Shown one piece after another: positions 48,728 through 62,045 of a stretch of 64,000 nt of DNA. The notes under the pieces are model-generated. The model was not told where the DNA came from. It saw nothing but the letters and a program-made list of their open reading frames with translations, and made no database searches. Source of the stretch: Scyliorhinus canicula (taxonomy: Eukaryota). The translations under genes were made by a program, and so were the position numbers. The stretch covers positions 175,221,988 through 175,285,987 of the forward strand of contig NC_052154.1 in the NCBI RefSeq assembly GCF_902713615.1, read 5' to 3'. The first letter of the stretch is position 1. Each line of letters begins with the position of its first letter.

Positions 48728-49393
48728 GTAAGTAATGTCAAGCTTTATTTTAGTTTGATGTTGATTTAAAAATATGCATTTATGATGCTTTTTTCCATCT
48801 CCCTACATTAATACTTTGAAAATGAAGCTATTGATTATTTTTCTGTAATTGAAAGAGACAAAGACAGAAATTAGTAATGAACAGTGTGTCCGACAGGGAA
48901 GCGTGATGTGCTTAGTGTGTGGGTGAACAGCCTCAGCATGCTTCTCGCTTTTATGTGCAACTTAAAAGCTTCTCGCTTTTAGCTTTTATGAAGCTAATGC
49001 GCTTCAGTGTCACCCCAACCGCTCACTGGCAGCAATGCAAGAAGAGAGCCAAATGTGCAAGTATCTCCCTGTAAGTGCACAACCTCTCCATCAGCAAGTC
49101 CTCAGCTGTGCTTCTTCGTGGTGACACATGCAAACTCAGTCCCTCCTGGCCCCAGGCTGAAGCTTCTGAGGAGCTCTTGGGAGGTTTGGCCTCAGAAATA
49201 TGGTGTTCAGGCCCACAGACACGTGGATACACCCTGGTGCTTACGAACCAAACTCCTAGCTGTGGGCAAACAACCCCAATGTGTGAATACCTCAGGAGAG
49301 TTGAAGCCAAGAGAGAAAACTTTGATGAAAAAAATATTGTTTGGAGCCCAATGGCAGACTAATGCCTAACTCTTGCTCCAATCTGGCAACTCT

Positions 49394-52300
49394 CTTTTTA
49401 AAAAATATTTTTATTAGGGTATTTGCAAGTTTTAATAATAATAACAATAATGACATAAACATGGTACAATAAACATTTTCACCCCCATCACAATCTTCAC
49501 ACACCCCAACCATAAAACAACAATCCGGCCCCCTCTCCACCCCCCCGCTTTGGAATTCTGCATTTGCTGACATTTTAATTTTCCTCGAGGAAGTTGACGA
49601 ATGGCTGTCACCTCCAGTTGAACCCTACCATTGACCCTCTTACGGCGAACTTTATTTTCTCAAGATTGAGAAACCCAGCCATGTCACTAATCCAGGTCTC
49701 TACCCTCGGGGGCTTCGAGTCCCTCCACATTAATAAGATCCGTCTCCGGGCTACTAGGGAGGCAAAGGCCAAGACGTCGGCCTCTTTCGCCCCCTGCACT
49801 CCCGGCTCTTCCGACACGCCAAAGATCGTCACCTGTGGACTCGGCACCACCCATGTTTTGAGTACCATGGACATTGCCTTAGCGAAACCCTGCCAGAATC
49901 CCCTCAGCTTCGGGCATGCCCAAAACATGTGGACGTGATTTGCCGGGCTTCCCGCGCACCTCGCACACCTGTCCTCTACCCCAGAAAACTTGCTCATCCG
50001 GGCCACTGCCATGTGTGCCCGGTGAACTACCTTGAATTGTATCAGGCTAAGCCTGGCACATGATGAGGATGAATTAACCCGGCTAAGGGCGTCCGCCCAC
50101 AGACCCGCCTCTATCTCTCCTCCGAGCCCGTCCTCCCACTTGCCCTTAAGCTCCTCCACCGGAGTTTCCTCCGCCTCCGAAAGCTCTTGGTAAATATCTG
50201 ATACCTTCCCCTCTCCCACTCAGGTACTGGAGACTACTCTGTCCTGTATCGCCCGTGGCGGCAGCAGCAGGAAGGCAGGCACCTGCTTTCTCAAGAGGTC
50301 TTGTACCTGCAAATACCTAAACCCATTCCCTGCTGGCAATTCAAATTTATCCTCCAAGGCTTTCCAGCTGGGGAAGCTCCCATCTATAAATAGATCACCC
50401 ATCCTCGCAATTCCTGCCCTTTGCCATCTCCGAAACCCACCATCCAGTCTACCTGGTACAAACCGATGATTATTATAAATCGGGGACCAAACCGATGCTC
50501 CCTCCACTCTCTTATATCTTAGAACATAGAACAGTACATAGAACGGTACAGCACAGAACAGGCCCTTCGGCCCTCAATGTTGTGCCGAGCCATGATCACC
50601 CTACTCAAACCCACGTATCCACCCTATACCCGTAACCCAACAACCCCCCCCCCTTAACCTTACTTTTTATTAGGACACTACGGGCAATTTAGCATGGCCA
50701 ATCCACCTAACCCGCACATCTTTGGACTGTGGGAGGAAACCGGAGCACCCGGAGGAAACCCACATCTCCTCCACTGCCCCCAGATTCTTAGAGCCGCCAC
50801 CACCACTGGACTTATGGAGTATCAGGGCCGGCGAGAACGGAAGAGGTGCCGATATCAGTGCTCCCAAACTTGTGTCTTTACATGACGCTGCCTCCATCCG
50901 CTCCAACACCGACCCTTCCCCCACTACTCACTTCCTAATCATGGCTATATTAGCCGCCCAGTAGTAATTGCAAAAGTTCGGCAGCGCCAACCCACCCTCC
51001 CCCTGACTGCGCTCCTGCAACCCTTTCTTCACTCGTGGGGTTTTACCCGCCCACACAAAGCCTGCAATAACCTTATTCATCCGCTTGAAAAAGGCCCTTG
51101 GGATGAAGATGGGGAGGCACCGAAAGACGAACAGAAATCTAGTGAGGACCGTCGTTTTCATAGTCTGTACCCTCCCCACCAGTGATAGTGGGAGCGTGTC
51201 CCATCTCTTAAAGTCCTCTTTCATTTGATCTATGAGACGGGATAGGTTTAACTTGTGCAATGCCTCCTATTCCCGGGCCACCTGGATTCCCAGATACCAA
51301 AAGCTCCTTCCTACCATTCTAAACGGCAGCTCTCCGAGTCTCTTCTGCTGCCCTCTTACCTGGATCACGAATATCTCACTTTTCCTCATGACCAATTTAC
51401 ACCTCAAAAAATTACCAAATTCCCCGAGGATCCTCATAATTTGCCCGATCCAAGGGCAGCACGGTGGCGCAGTGGGTTAGCACTGTGGCCTCACGGCGCT
51501 GAGATCCCAGGTTCGATCCCGCCTCTGGGTCACTGTCCGTGTGGAGTTTGCACGTTCTCCCCGTGTTTGCGTGGGTTTTGCCCCCACAACCCAAAAATGT
51601 GCAAGTAGGTGGATTGGCCACGCTAAATTGCTCCTTAAATTGAAAAAATGAATTGGGTACTCTAAATTTAAAAAAAAACTTTCCCGACCCCCTCCAGCGG
51701 GTCTGAAATATACAAGAGTGGGTCATCTGCGTAAAGCGCGAAACCCGGTGCTCTCCCCCTCTCACCCCCAAAGCCGGTTCGTACGCACCCTAGCAACTGG
51801 TGCCTGATAGAGCAACTGCACCCAGTCAATGAAGCCCTCGCCAAACTCAAACCTTCCCAGCGCCTCCCACAGGTAATCCCACTCCACCCGATCAAAAGCC
51901 TTCTCTGCATCCATCGCTACCACAACCTCTGTCTCCCATCCTTTTGAGGGCATCATAATAACATTTAAAAGCCTTCGAACATTGACCTTGAGTTGCCTAC
52001 CCGTTACAAATCCCATCTGGTCTTCCCCTCCCATCCCCAGGACACGGTCCTCTATCCTTGTGGCCAGTGTCTTAGCCAGCAGTTTGGCGTCCACATTCAG
52101 TAGCGAAATTAGCCTGTATCACCCGCATTGCTCCGGATCCTTTTCCCGTTTCAGGATCAATGAAATCGAGGCCTGCGACATTGTTGGTGGGGGAGGACTC
52201 CCTTCTCTCTTGCTTCATTAAATGTCCTCACCAGCAGTGAGCTCAATATCTCTGAAAACTTCTTATAGAATTCCACCGGGTAGCAACTGGCCCCGGGGCC

Positions 52301-54479
52301 TTGCCCGACTGCATGCCATCCAGCCCCTCAATTCTTTCCTTAATTTCAATTGGGGCTCCCAGCCCTTCCACCATATCCTCATCCACCCTTGGGAACCTCA
52401 ACTGACCCAAAAACCGTCTCATCCCTCCACCCCTGCCAGGGGTTCCGACTCATATAATTTGCTGTAAAAGTCCTCAAACACCTCATTCACCCCCACTGGG
52501 TCCAGGACCATATTACTACTTCTACTCTTTACTCTCCCTATCTCCCTGGCCGCCTCCCTTTTTCTGAGCTGATGCGCTAACATTCTGCTTACCCTTTCCC
52601 CATACTCATAGATCATCCCCCTTGTCTTCCTCAGCTGTTCCACCGCTTTCCCTGTAGTCAACAGCCCAAACTCCGCCTGTAACCTACGCCGCTCGCTCAG
52701 CAGCCCCATGTTCGGGGCCTCCGAGTATCTCCTGTCCACCTGGAGTATCTCCTCAACTACCTATCCCTCTCAGCTCGATCCGCCTTTTCCCTGTGGGCCC
52801 GTATCAAGATTAATTCCCCTCTGACCACTGCCTGCAAAGCTTCCCAAACCGTTGCTGCAGAAACCTCCCCTCTATCATTTATTACCAGGTAGTTCTGGAT
52901 GGACTTGTTCATTCGCCCACAAATCGCTTCGTCCGCTAACAACCCCACACCCAGTCTCCATAGCGGGCATTGTCGTCTCTCCAAACTAACCCGTAGATCC
53001 ACCCAATGTGGAGCATGATCCGACACTGCAATTGCCGAATACTCAGTACTAACAGCACTAGAAACCCAACCCCCCATATCAAGCTCCAGCTTAACACCTG
53101 CTCGCCCCCCACTGTACTTCCGTGAGTCAGCTAACTAGGCTGACTTGATAGCTCCCACTCATGGTACCAAACAGTCTGTCTCCCCATTGTTCTCTCACCT
53201 CTTCCCCCCCACCCCCAACTTGGACAAACATATTTAAAGCATCACATTCCCCAGTAAACAAACATCAGAAAAAACAGTGAAAAAACAGCCACAGAACAAA
53301 ACAACCCCAGGAACCCCCCCCCACCTTCAACCAGCTCCCAGTAAGACAAAGTTAACTTTAGCCATCGACACAGCCCCTTATTGCACATAACACTACTTAT
53401 TCAAACCAGCACAAAAGTGATTTTCAACAAATCACCACTACAGTACTCTCCAAGGATTCAATGTCTTTTAGTTCATTTCTTTCCTTTTTTTCTTAGTCTT
53501 TTTTCCTTGATGAAAGTCCATACATCGTCTGGTGTTTCAAAGTAAAAATCCGGTTCTTCATGTGTGACCCACAGACGGGCTGGGTACAACATCCCGAACT
53601 TCACCCCCTTCTTAAAGAGGGCCGTTTTTGCCCGATTAAACCCAGCCCGCCTCTTGGCCAAATCAGCTCCCAGGTCCTGATAAATGCGCAGCTCACAATT
53701 CTCCCACTTGCTGCTCCGTCCTTTCTTGGCCCACCGCAGAACATGTTCCTTGTCCATGAATCGGTGTAAACGTACCACCATCGCCCTCAGCGGCTCGTTT
53801 GCTCGTGGCTCCTTCGCGAGGGCTCTGTGCGCTCCATCCACTTCCAGGGGCCGAGGGAGCCACCATCAGCTTCTCCAGCATGTTCAGCACATAGGCCCTC
53901 GCATGCGATCCCTCACTGCCTTCAGGGAGGCCGACGATTCTCAGGTTCTGCCTCCTGGACCTGTTCTCCAGGTCCTCCAGCTTTCTTGCATTCTTTTCTG
54001 GCGGTCATTCATCATCTTACCTTGGTCTCCAGCCCGGTTATGTATTCCTCGTGCTCAGGCACCTTTTTCTCCACCTCCTGGATTGCATGTCCGTGGGTTT
54101 CTTAATTCTGCACCACCTGATCAATCGAAGCCTTGATGGGGACCAGCGTGTCCTGCTTAACCTTGACCAAGCAATCTTCAAAAAACTTCACCAGCTGCTC
54201 CGTTGACCACTGTGCCGTCTCCCCGCGGCCCTGTTGCTCCGCCATGCTTTCCCGCGTTGCCAACTCTGCTCATGTCTTCCTTGTTGAGCTTTGTCTTCTC
54301 ACACGGCCACTTCTGGTCCAATTCTCCATACACTGGAGGGGGATTTCTCCTCACTGTCATTCTTCACCGATTTATCCAATAAAATCCGGGGAAAAAATGG
54401 GGGGAAAAGGTCCAAAAGTCCGTCACAGGCGGGAGCTATCAAATGTGCGACCTACTCCTCCATGACCGCCACCGGAAGC
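49394..54479 (-). mobile_element. 5'-complete L1 retrotransposon (decayed ORF1 and ORF2, internal EN deletion) with nested SINEs at ~50520-50762 and 51454-51679
   Basis: 16-bp TSD CCAATCTGGCAACTCT at 49378-49393 and 54480-54495. ORF1: DGAHRAL..PLRAMVVRLHRF..LRIYQDL..FGMLYPARLWV. ORF2: SDHAP, MDAEKAFDRVEWDYL, LYADD, IQFKVVHRAH..C..C....NHVHMFWAC. Confidence 0.95.
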
Positions 54480-54692
54480 CCAATCTGGCAACTCTTGTAC
54501 CAAGCTTTTGCCACATTTGGTGTTGGGGATTGTTTTGGACCCAAGTATGTGTTGATGGGATAGAAGCTGGGTGGTGAAGCAGAAACTAAAGCACAGAGCT
54601 TTTGTTAATTGAAAGAGTTCATTGACTTGTTCAGTTTCACAGCTCTCCACCCACTCAACCCACTGTCCCACCTGTCCCCTATTTATCTTCTC

Positions 54693-55765
54693 CTTTAATA
54701 AAAATCTAAAAACAGTCAATTGAACTAATAAGAGGGGTGACAGCCCATGATTGAGCACTGTAACAAAAATCAAAACCTCAAAAAAACTTAACTCCGTCAA
54801 GATATCATTCCAGGGTGTGACGATGCACTCATCCCCGGCGACACCCACCTGTTATGGAAGGCCTTGGGCATCCCGGTTGACAACGCATGCTTCACCTCCT
54901 GAGCCACCCAGACGCGAACGTAGCTGCGAAAGAGGGGCAGACAGCCGGTCAGATGTCTCGCTTGATTGCCTGCTGCCTGGACCTATTAATGGCCACCTTG
55001 ACCAGGTCCAGGAGTTTAATCTCCCACACACCCAGTACCTCAGCTATTCTGTATTTATGCTCTTTCAATAATAAAACAAAAATCGATAAACATAGATGAC
55101 AGACAGTGACCGTGTCTCGTGGGGCATTGTAACTAAAAGCAAGACATGAAAAGAAATGTCTCTAATCAAGCCAAGATGTTGTTCCTGGGATTTTTATGTA
55201 CCCCAGACTCTGCAAGCCCCATTGGTCATTGAAGGTCTGCAGCATGCCGGAGGGCACCGCATGCTCCCTCACCAAGGTCACTTGGCTGTGAACATAGCTG
55301 TGGTAGAGAGGCACTGTGGGTTGGATGACCTCCTCAACCACCTGCTACCTGGAACTGTCAATGACCAATTTGGCCAGGCCCAGGTGGTGGCCTATAATGA
55401 GTTCCAATCCATTTGCACCAAAAAGCAATAAATAAAACCAAAACGAGAAGGGATTATAGCCCCTGGTGAGGCGCTGTAACAAAAATCAAAATGTTAAAGG
55501 AAACGTTTATCAAACCAAAATGTTGTTCTCCGCGGTATGATGCATTCCAGCATCCCCCGAGTCCCCTATTTTTGCTCTTTTAATAAAACAGTACTCAATA
55601 AATTAAACAAAAATTGCAAGGGTGACAGCCCCTAATAGGGCACTGCAGCTAAAATGGGACGCCAAAAGGCAACTTAACCAATTAAATGTGGTGCTCATTG
55701 GTAACGCAAGGCCTGAAGCGTGCCTGGTTCCCTCTCCAAGGCCACCCAGCCGCAAATGTGGATGA
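54693..55765 (-). mobile_element. Four head-to-tail 5'-truncated Tx1-like LINE 3' ends
   Basis: Minus-strand peptides LLDLVKVAINRSRQ..FRSYVRVWVAQEVKHALSTG..FHNRW and LGLAKLVIDSSR..YHSYVHSQVTLVREHAVPSG..FNDQW. Each unit has a similar 3' UTR (plus-strand gtgacagccc..gcactgtaac..). Confidence 0.7.
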
Positions 55766-56288
55766 GGGGGGGGGGAAGAAGAAGAAGAAGAACCCTTGGG
55801 AGGTGAGGACCAGCCCTGCTTGCAGTTCCAGTCCTGTCCACTGCAGAGTCTAAAGAGGTGCTGGTCAATCAGACTGACCTGAATGTCTTCCTAACAGAGG
55901 GGCTAAAACCCTCCCTCCAGCCAATTTACACTTGGTGGAGGTTAAATGGCTGCCGGCCAGGCAGGCAGTATTGGTGTGGATGTGTTCCCCACTTACTCTT
56001 CAGATGTTGGGAAGGGAAACCCTGCCATCCTCGTCCTGATCATTGTCTTGTAGATGATGGACAGGATTTGGGGAGCCAGGAGGTGAATGAAGCACTGCAG
56101 AATACTCTCCCCCTGACTTTTTCAAGTAGTTACACCATTTATTAATGCGTAGATCATTTATAAAACTTTCAAATCTGTTTATATTAACATTCTCTGCAAA
56201 ATGCACCATAAGCTTTCTGAACAGGGGATAATATGGTCGAAAATGGATAAATGAAATTTGCTTTGAAATGCTGCATTTTACCTTGCAG

Positions 56289-56386
56289 CTACTGTCCCAC
56301 CAAGGAATGAACTACAGCACAACCAGCTATCTGCATTTGGTGAATATGTTGCTGAGATTCTTCCCAAATACATCCAGCAGGTGCAG
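56289..56386 (+). CDS. NDUFS3: NDUFS3 exon 3
   Basis: ttgcag|(P)[32 protein letters not shown]|gtaagg, 98 nt. Confidence 0.96.
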
Positions 56387-56921
56387 GTAAGGATGTCAGC
56401 AATTTGGCTGATACTTTGACTTAAGTTGGGTTGCTGAGTTTGATACATTAGTCAAATATCTATATTTGGGTGGCCAGGTATTGGGTTGGTGAATCTGAAA
56501 TTAGGCTTTTCATTGGCTATCTCTTCCCTTGTCACTTGGCCTAATAAATGGTTTTCTGGAACCTGCATTAGGATTTAGTACTGTGCCATTCATAAAATGA
56601 TTATTAAATAGGGGGAAACCATCACCTAAAATAACAGGCGGGGTGCTTCATCCAAGCAACTTTTTTTAAGATATCAAATGTGGAAATCCGCACAATAGTT
56701 TGTTTTTAATTCCTTTTTAGTTTCCTGCGATGTCAGCATAAATAATGGTAAAAGTAACAGTGGTAAAATGAAACAGAAACAGAAAAAGAATTTTGACCAT
56801 AAAATTGTTCTGCTTCCATTAGTATATTCTAAACTGCTGTGATTATTTTGATCAACATCTGTGTCAATACATCAATACATCACGTGTGTTTGATCATCTT
56901 TGCCTTATTTCTGTTAAACAG

Positions 56922-57071
56922 GTGACATGTTTCAATGAGTTGGAAATTTTTATCCACCCAGATGGCATAATCCCAGTACTGACATTTCTGCGGGATCACA
57001 CCAACGCCCAATTCAAATCCCTTGCAGATGAGACTGCAGTAGATATCCCTTCCCGTCAGTTTCGATTTGAG
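56922..57071 (+). CDS. NDUFS3: NDUFS3 exon 4
   Basis: aacag|[50 protein letters not shown]|gtaata, 150 nt. Confidence 0.97.
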
Positions 57072-57551
57072 GTAATAGAGGAAGTGGCCAGGAAGAGTGA
57101 AATAGTGCAATTTTATAATTGTTATAAAGTATTACATTTATCGCAGCTTTAAAATCTACGAATCTTTAGTAACAATTTCAAATTTGTTGCAAATACTAAA
57201 TGTTATGTTATGGGGAAGAGTTATTTCCTGGTTTGGAGCACAATTTTGATGCAGCAAAATATATTTGTTAAAAGATAATGATGGCAAAGGAATCAAGCTT
57301 CTAAGTCTTAAAATCTCTCACCCCCATTTCAGATAAGAGGGTGAAAGCTCAATTTGGCACAATGATTTTTCCATGTACATGTACAGTCTCTTCCTGTTTG
57401 TGCTGGAAGACAAAGTGGAAGATTATTGGATCGCTAACCAGAATGATGATAGAATGCTTGGTGGTACAGAACTTGATAATTCATCAGGACAGATGCAAGA
57501 ATGTCAAGCAGATTTAATTTTATGATCTTTTTTTCTTACCTTTCCAAACAG

Positions 57552-57677
57552 ATTGTATATAACTTGCTTTCACTGCAGTTTAACTCTCGTATTCGCGTGA
57601 AGACTTACACTGATGAGTTGACACCACTGGATTCCTTGGTACCTGTATTTAAGGCTGCAAACTGGTATGAGAGAGAG
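57552..57677 (+). CDS. NDUFS3: NDUFS3 exon 5
   Basis: aacag|[33 protein letters not shown]|gtgagt, 126 nt. Confidence 0.97.
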
Positions 57678-58463
57678 GTGAGTTGAAGCAATTGGGTGGA
57701 ATGTTACGACAAGTCTATTATTACCAGTTAGTCTCCAAGGAATCCAAGACCAAATGTGGTCTTCAGGGTTGGAGAGCTGAACATCATTAAACTAAGGGCC
57801 ACGGAGTATTCAGTGAGGTAGGCCAGAGATTGTAGATAGAATGGGATGGACAGGGAATTACAAAGTACACTTGTGCATATACAACTAAATGTTAGCAAAA
57901 GCAGTTTATGTTCGATAAATTTAACTCTATTTTAAAAGCAGACATTGAGTCTGCTTATGAGCCGGATTCAAGGTGGAAGGGAAAATTGCAATGAACGAGA
58001 TAGCTGGGGTGAGTCCAAGATTGAGTTGACGTATGTTGTCTGTAGAGGGGGGAGGCTTGATGAGGCAAGTCACCTCATTCGTCTTTCCTGAGCTTTCCCT
58101 ATTGAAATCAAGAATGTGGGACTTCCACAAATAGTCACACTCTGATTATTGAACAGTAATGTGATTTGAAACTATTGTACTTTGCCTTATAATCACATGA
58201 AATCTAGGATGTTATGTATCATTTCACAAACAGTTCCATTTATTTCTGTCTCGGCACTTATAAGACTAGATTTTTCTTACCCCTCTTACAATTGATCGTT
58301 CAATAATTTATTTAAAATTTAAAACAAAAATGATAAAATCTTACACAATCACCCGTTGTCACCATTTTGGTGATTTTTACTTAAACCTTAGAGATGTCAA
58401 CCTTTTCAATTTTGAGTTCTCGAGGAAGGCTGGGATGTTACTTTGTATTTCTGTTTCTTCCAG

Positions 58464-58583
58464 ATTTGGGATATGTTTGGTGTATTTTTTTCTGACCATC
58501 CAGATCTAAGACGAATCCTCACAGACTATGGGTTTGAAGGCCATCCTTTTCGCAAAGACTTTCCACTCTCTGGCTATGTAGAG
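58464..58583 (+). CDS. NDUFS3: NDUFS3 exon 6
   Basis: ttccag|[40 protein letters not shown]|gtaaaa, containing the complex I 30-kDa signature. Confidence 0.97.
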
Positions 58584-58614
58584 GTAAAAAAAAAAAAATC
58601 TTCTCAATGCTGTG

Positions 58615-58812
58615 TATCAATTTATTTTCCTAATTAGAGCACCCAATTCATTTTTTCCAATTAAGGGGCAATTTAGCGTGGCCAATCCACCTACTCTGCA
58701 CATCTTTGGATTGTGGGGTGAAACCCACGTAAACACGGGGAGAATGTGCAAACTCCACACGGATAGTGACCCAGAGCCGGATTGAACCTGGGACCTTGGC
58801 GCTGTGAGGCAG
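58615..58812 (-). mobile_element. Short A-tailed HE1-core SINE
   Basis: Inverse of the 30694 type. Confidence 0.75.
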
Positions 58813-58994
58813 CCCGCTGCCAAGCCTCCCAAACATACAGTCAATTTTGGAGTGGCAGCCCCTTCTAACGAAAGGGCATCAGCTATTGGCACATTTGCTT
58901 GAAATAATTGTAAATATAATCCTGGAGTTGAATGTCTCACACCATGAGGTATTATATCCATGGCCACATCTTTGACTATTTCTTATCCTTCCAG

Positions 58995-59162
58995 GTACGT
59001 TATGATGATGAGGTCAAACGTGTTGTAGCTGAGCCTGTCGAACTCGCCCAAGAATTCCGCAAATTTGACCTCAACAGTCCATGGGAAACTTTCCCAGCAC
59101 ACCGTGAGCCAACTGAACTGCCCAAACTTCAGGAAGGAGAGAAAAAGCCCGAGACTAAATGA
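58995..59162 (+). CDS. NDUFS3: NDUFS3 exon 7 (last coding exon)
   Basis: ttccag|[36 protein letters not shown]. Joined CDS is 261 aa. AATAAA at 59267-59272. Confidence 0.97.
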   Translation, partial: VRYDDEVKRVVAEPVELAQEFRKFDLNSPWETFPAHREPTELPKLQEGEKKPETK

Positions 59163-60269
59163 AGAGGCAGCTGAATCTTTTGGGAAAATCTGACTAATGT
59201 CAATTTTGATGCGGACCTAAAGTAGCTGTTTCATTGTAATCAAATGTCTTGTGTGAAACGTATGTAAATAAATTACAGTTATAAGATTATTTTTTGCAAT
59301 TTTAATTGTGTTGACTGCCTCGCCCGAGGTTAAATTACCACCAGCCAGCAACCTACGGTCATCTGGGACTTTATCTTTAATTGTTGGCGAGGTATTGAGA
59401 GAACCCTCCTGCCTCTCTGCATGCTGCCATGGAGTTGCGTTTTTCCATATCTTTACTCTAGATATTCTTGAGTACAGCATCTCAGGCTACTGTCATCAAG
59501 CAAGCTCTCGTTCCCTATAAGCTGATGTGTATTGAACTGTCGATAGGGGAATTGGATAAATATTTGGAAGGCAAAAATTAAAACATAGGGAGAAATGGCT
59601 AGATAAATGGAACTAGATGGCCAACTGTTTGTTTTGGAGAGTCAGCACTGACATAATGAGCAAAATGGCTTCCCATGAATGCAGTGAAACAAGTTGCCAG
59701 TTGGCGATTGCCCGTTCTATGTTACTGCCCAATTTTACCACCAGATCTTGCTCGCTCACAGATGGCTTCAGATGTACTGCCCAATATATATGAAACAAAC
59801 CAACCAATGAAATCCAACTTTGTATGTCTCACACAAAGAATATTGACAAAACAAACATAAAACCACCAAGATACTTGTATTTAATTGAATTATTTAGCCT
59901 CTGCTTTGGGCATTTGGACAGACGCAAGCCCTTCACCCTAATTGTTGTTGTTTTGACAAGCCATGCTACCTTTGACTTTTCAGGTCACATATTCAACTTG
60001 TAGTCTTTAGTGTAAAACTGAGCTGTGGACTGAAGCCTGCAGACCGTACCATCTAATACTTATTTTCATGTGTCCGATGGAACTGAAAATGGATTGGTTT
60101 TTATAACTAGCAGCCAGTTTCAGCTCTGACTGCCAAATAGAAAATTAACCCCTTAACTTCCTCACAAAACAGGCTAATGTAATGTTGCATAATGCATAAA
60201 AATGCTTTATTTTTGTTAACGGTTGCTGTGGGTCTGAAGTCTCTGCACAAAGTTGCACAGGAACGTAGG

Positions 60270-60960
60270 TTGGCATGGGAGGTTAGCACTGCTGCCTCAC
60301 ATTACCAGGGACCCGGGTTCAATTCAGGCCTTGGGTGATTGTGTGGAGTTTGAATGTTCTCCCCGTGTCTGTGTGGGTTTCCTCCAGGTGTTCCGGTTTC
60401 CTCCCACAGTCCAAAAATGTGCAGGTGAGGTGGATTAACCATGCTAAATTGCCCCTAACTATCCAGTTTTGGTGGGGAGAGGGAATGCAGAAGGAAGCTA
60501 TGTAGCTCATGGAGTGCACCAACCCTCTGAAAGAGCACTCTACAAAAGCCCTATCCCCATAACCCCTCCTAGGGGCAATTTAGCATAGCCAATCTAACTA
60601 ACCTGCACATCTTTGTTCTGTGGGAGAAAACTGGTGCACCCCGACGAAACCCATGCAGACATGGGAAGAATGTGCAAACTGCGTGTGTTTGTTTCCTCCC
60701 ACAGTCCAAAGATGTGCAGGTTAGGTGGATTGGCCATGATAAATTGCCCTTAGTGACCAAGAAGGTTAGGAGGGTTACAGGGATAGGGTGGACGTGAGGG
60801 CTTAAGTGGGTCGGTGCAGACTCGATGGGCTGAATGGCCTCCTTCTGCACTGTCAGTTCTATCTATGTTCCACACAAACAGTCACAAGAGATTGGAATCT
60901 AACCCGGGTCATTGGCATTATGAGGTAGCAGAGCTAACCATTGTGTCACCATGCTGCCCC
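60270..60960. mobile_element. Cluster of nested HE1-type SINEs (+, -, and a + copy inside the - copy)
   Basis: Core sequence at 60270-60460 (+), 60490-60680 and 60870-60960 (-), 60690-60869 (+). Confidence 0.75.
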
Positions 60961-61828
60961 GATGATTCATTTGGTAATTACACATGAGAATAGAAAAATT
61001 AATTCTTCTGACTACATTGTTCAGATGGCCGCAGCATACATACCCTTGAACTACTCTGACTCCTGGAAAATGCACTGCTGTAGACACACAACAATGTTTT
61101 TAAATACAAGTTCTAAGCACCAGAGGGCAGCCTTGGGTTAATTTAGCTATGCGGTGATGATCAGGTGGCTCTGATGAAGGTTCAAAGTTGCAGTTTTTAT
61201 TCAGCAATGTTCTTATAGTGAGGTTTACTAGTGCTGTTGGGGAGAGTTCAGCTGAATTAGGTATGGGGTGGAAATTAGCATCGATGAACAGAAATTGGGT
61301 AAGATTTGAAATATCCTAGAAATTGTAGGAATCAGACCCACGCAGACATGGGGAGAATGTGCAAACTCCTCCACACAGACAGTGACCCGGGGCCAGGATT
61401 GAACCCCGGTCCGTGGTGCTGTGAGGCAGCAGTGCTAACCACTACACCGATGCGTCCTGCCTTCTCTCGGAGTGCCATCCACCGAGCCAGTTGTGCTGGT
61501 AAAGCTCGCTCTGCACACTCCTGGTCACATCAGGAGCCCCTAGACCTGAGACCCCTGCCGGGAACAGGTGCCCTCCCCTGATGCACACACTTAATCTTTG
61601 GTCACGAGAAGATCCACAGTGCTGGAGACCAGCTCTTTAGTGTTTGACAGTTGTCAGCTGCCTCTATGTTTCTGACCCTTCTAGATTACAGGAAAAGTGT
61701 TCCAGCTTCAAACATAAATAGAAATGCGATGCAATAATTATCATCTGAGAAATAGTATTTGCACCCATGAGAAGACACTTGAGTAATATTTTATTAGCAA
61801 TAACGGTCAACATTATCAAAGATTTGAG

Positions 61829-62045
61829 TGGTGGCATGGTGGTTAGCACTGCTGCTTCACGCGCTGAGGACCCAGGTTCGATCCCAACCCCAGGTCACTG
61901 TCCGTGTGGAGTTTGCACATTCTCCCTGTGTGCATTGGTCTCCTCCCAACAGCCCAAAGATGTGCAGCACAGGTGGATTGGTCACGCTAAATTGCCTCTT
62001 AATTGGAAAAAAAATGGAATTGGGTACTTAACAAAGATTTAAAAA
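61829..62045 (+). mobile_element. Short A-tailed HE1-core SINE
   Basis: Head, core and aattggaaaaaaaatggaattgggtac tail. Confidence 0.75.
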
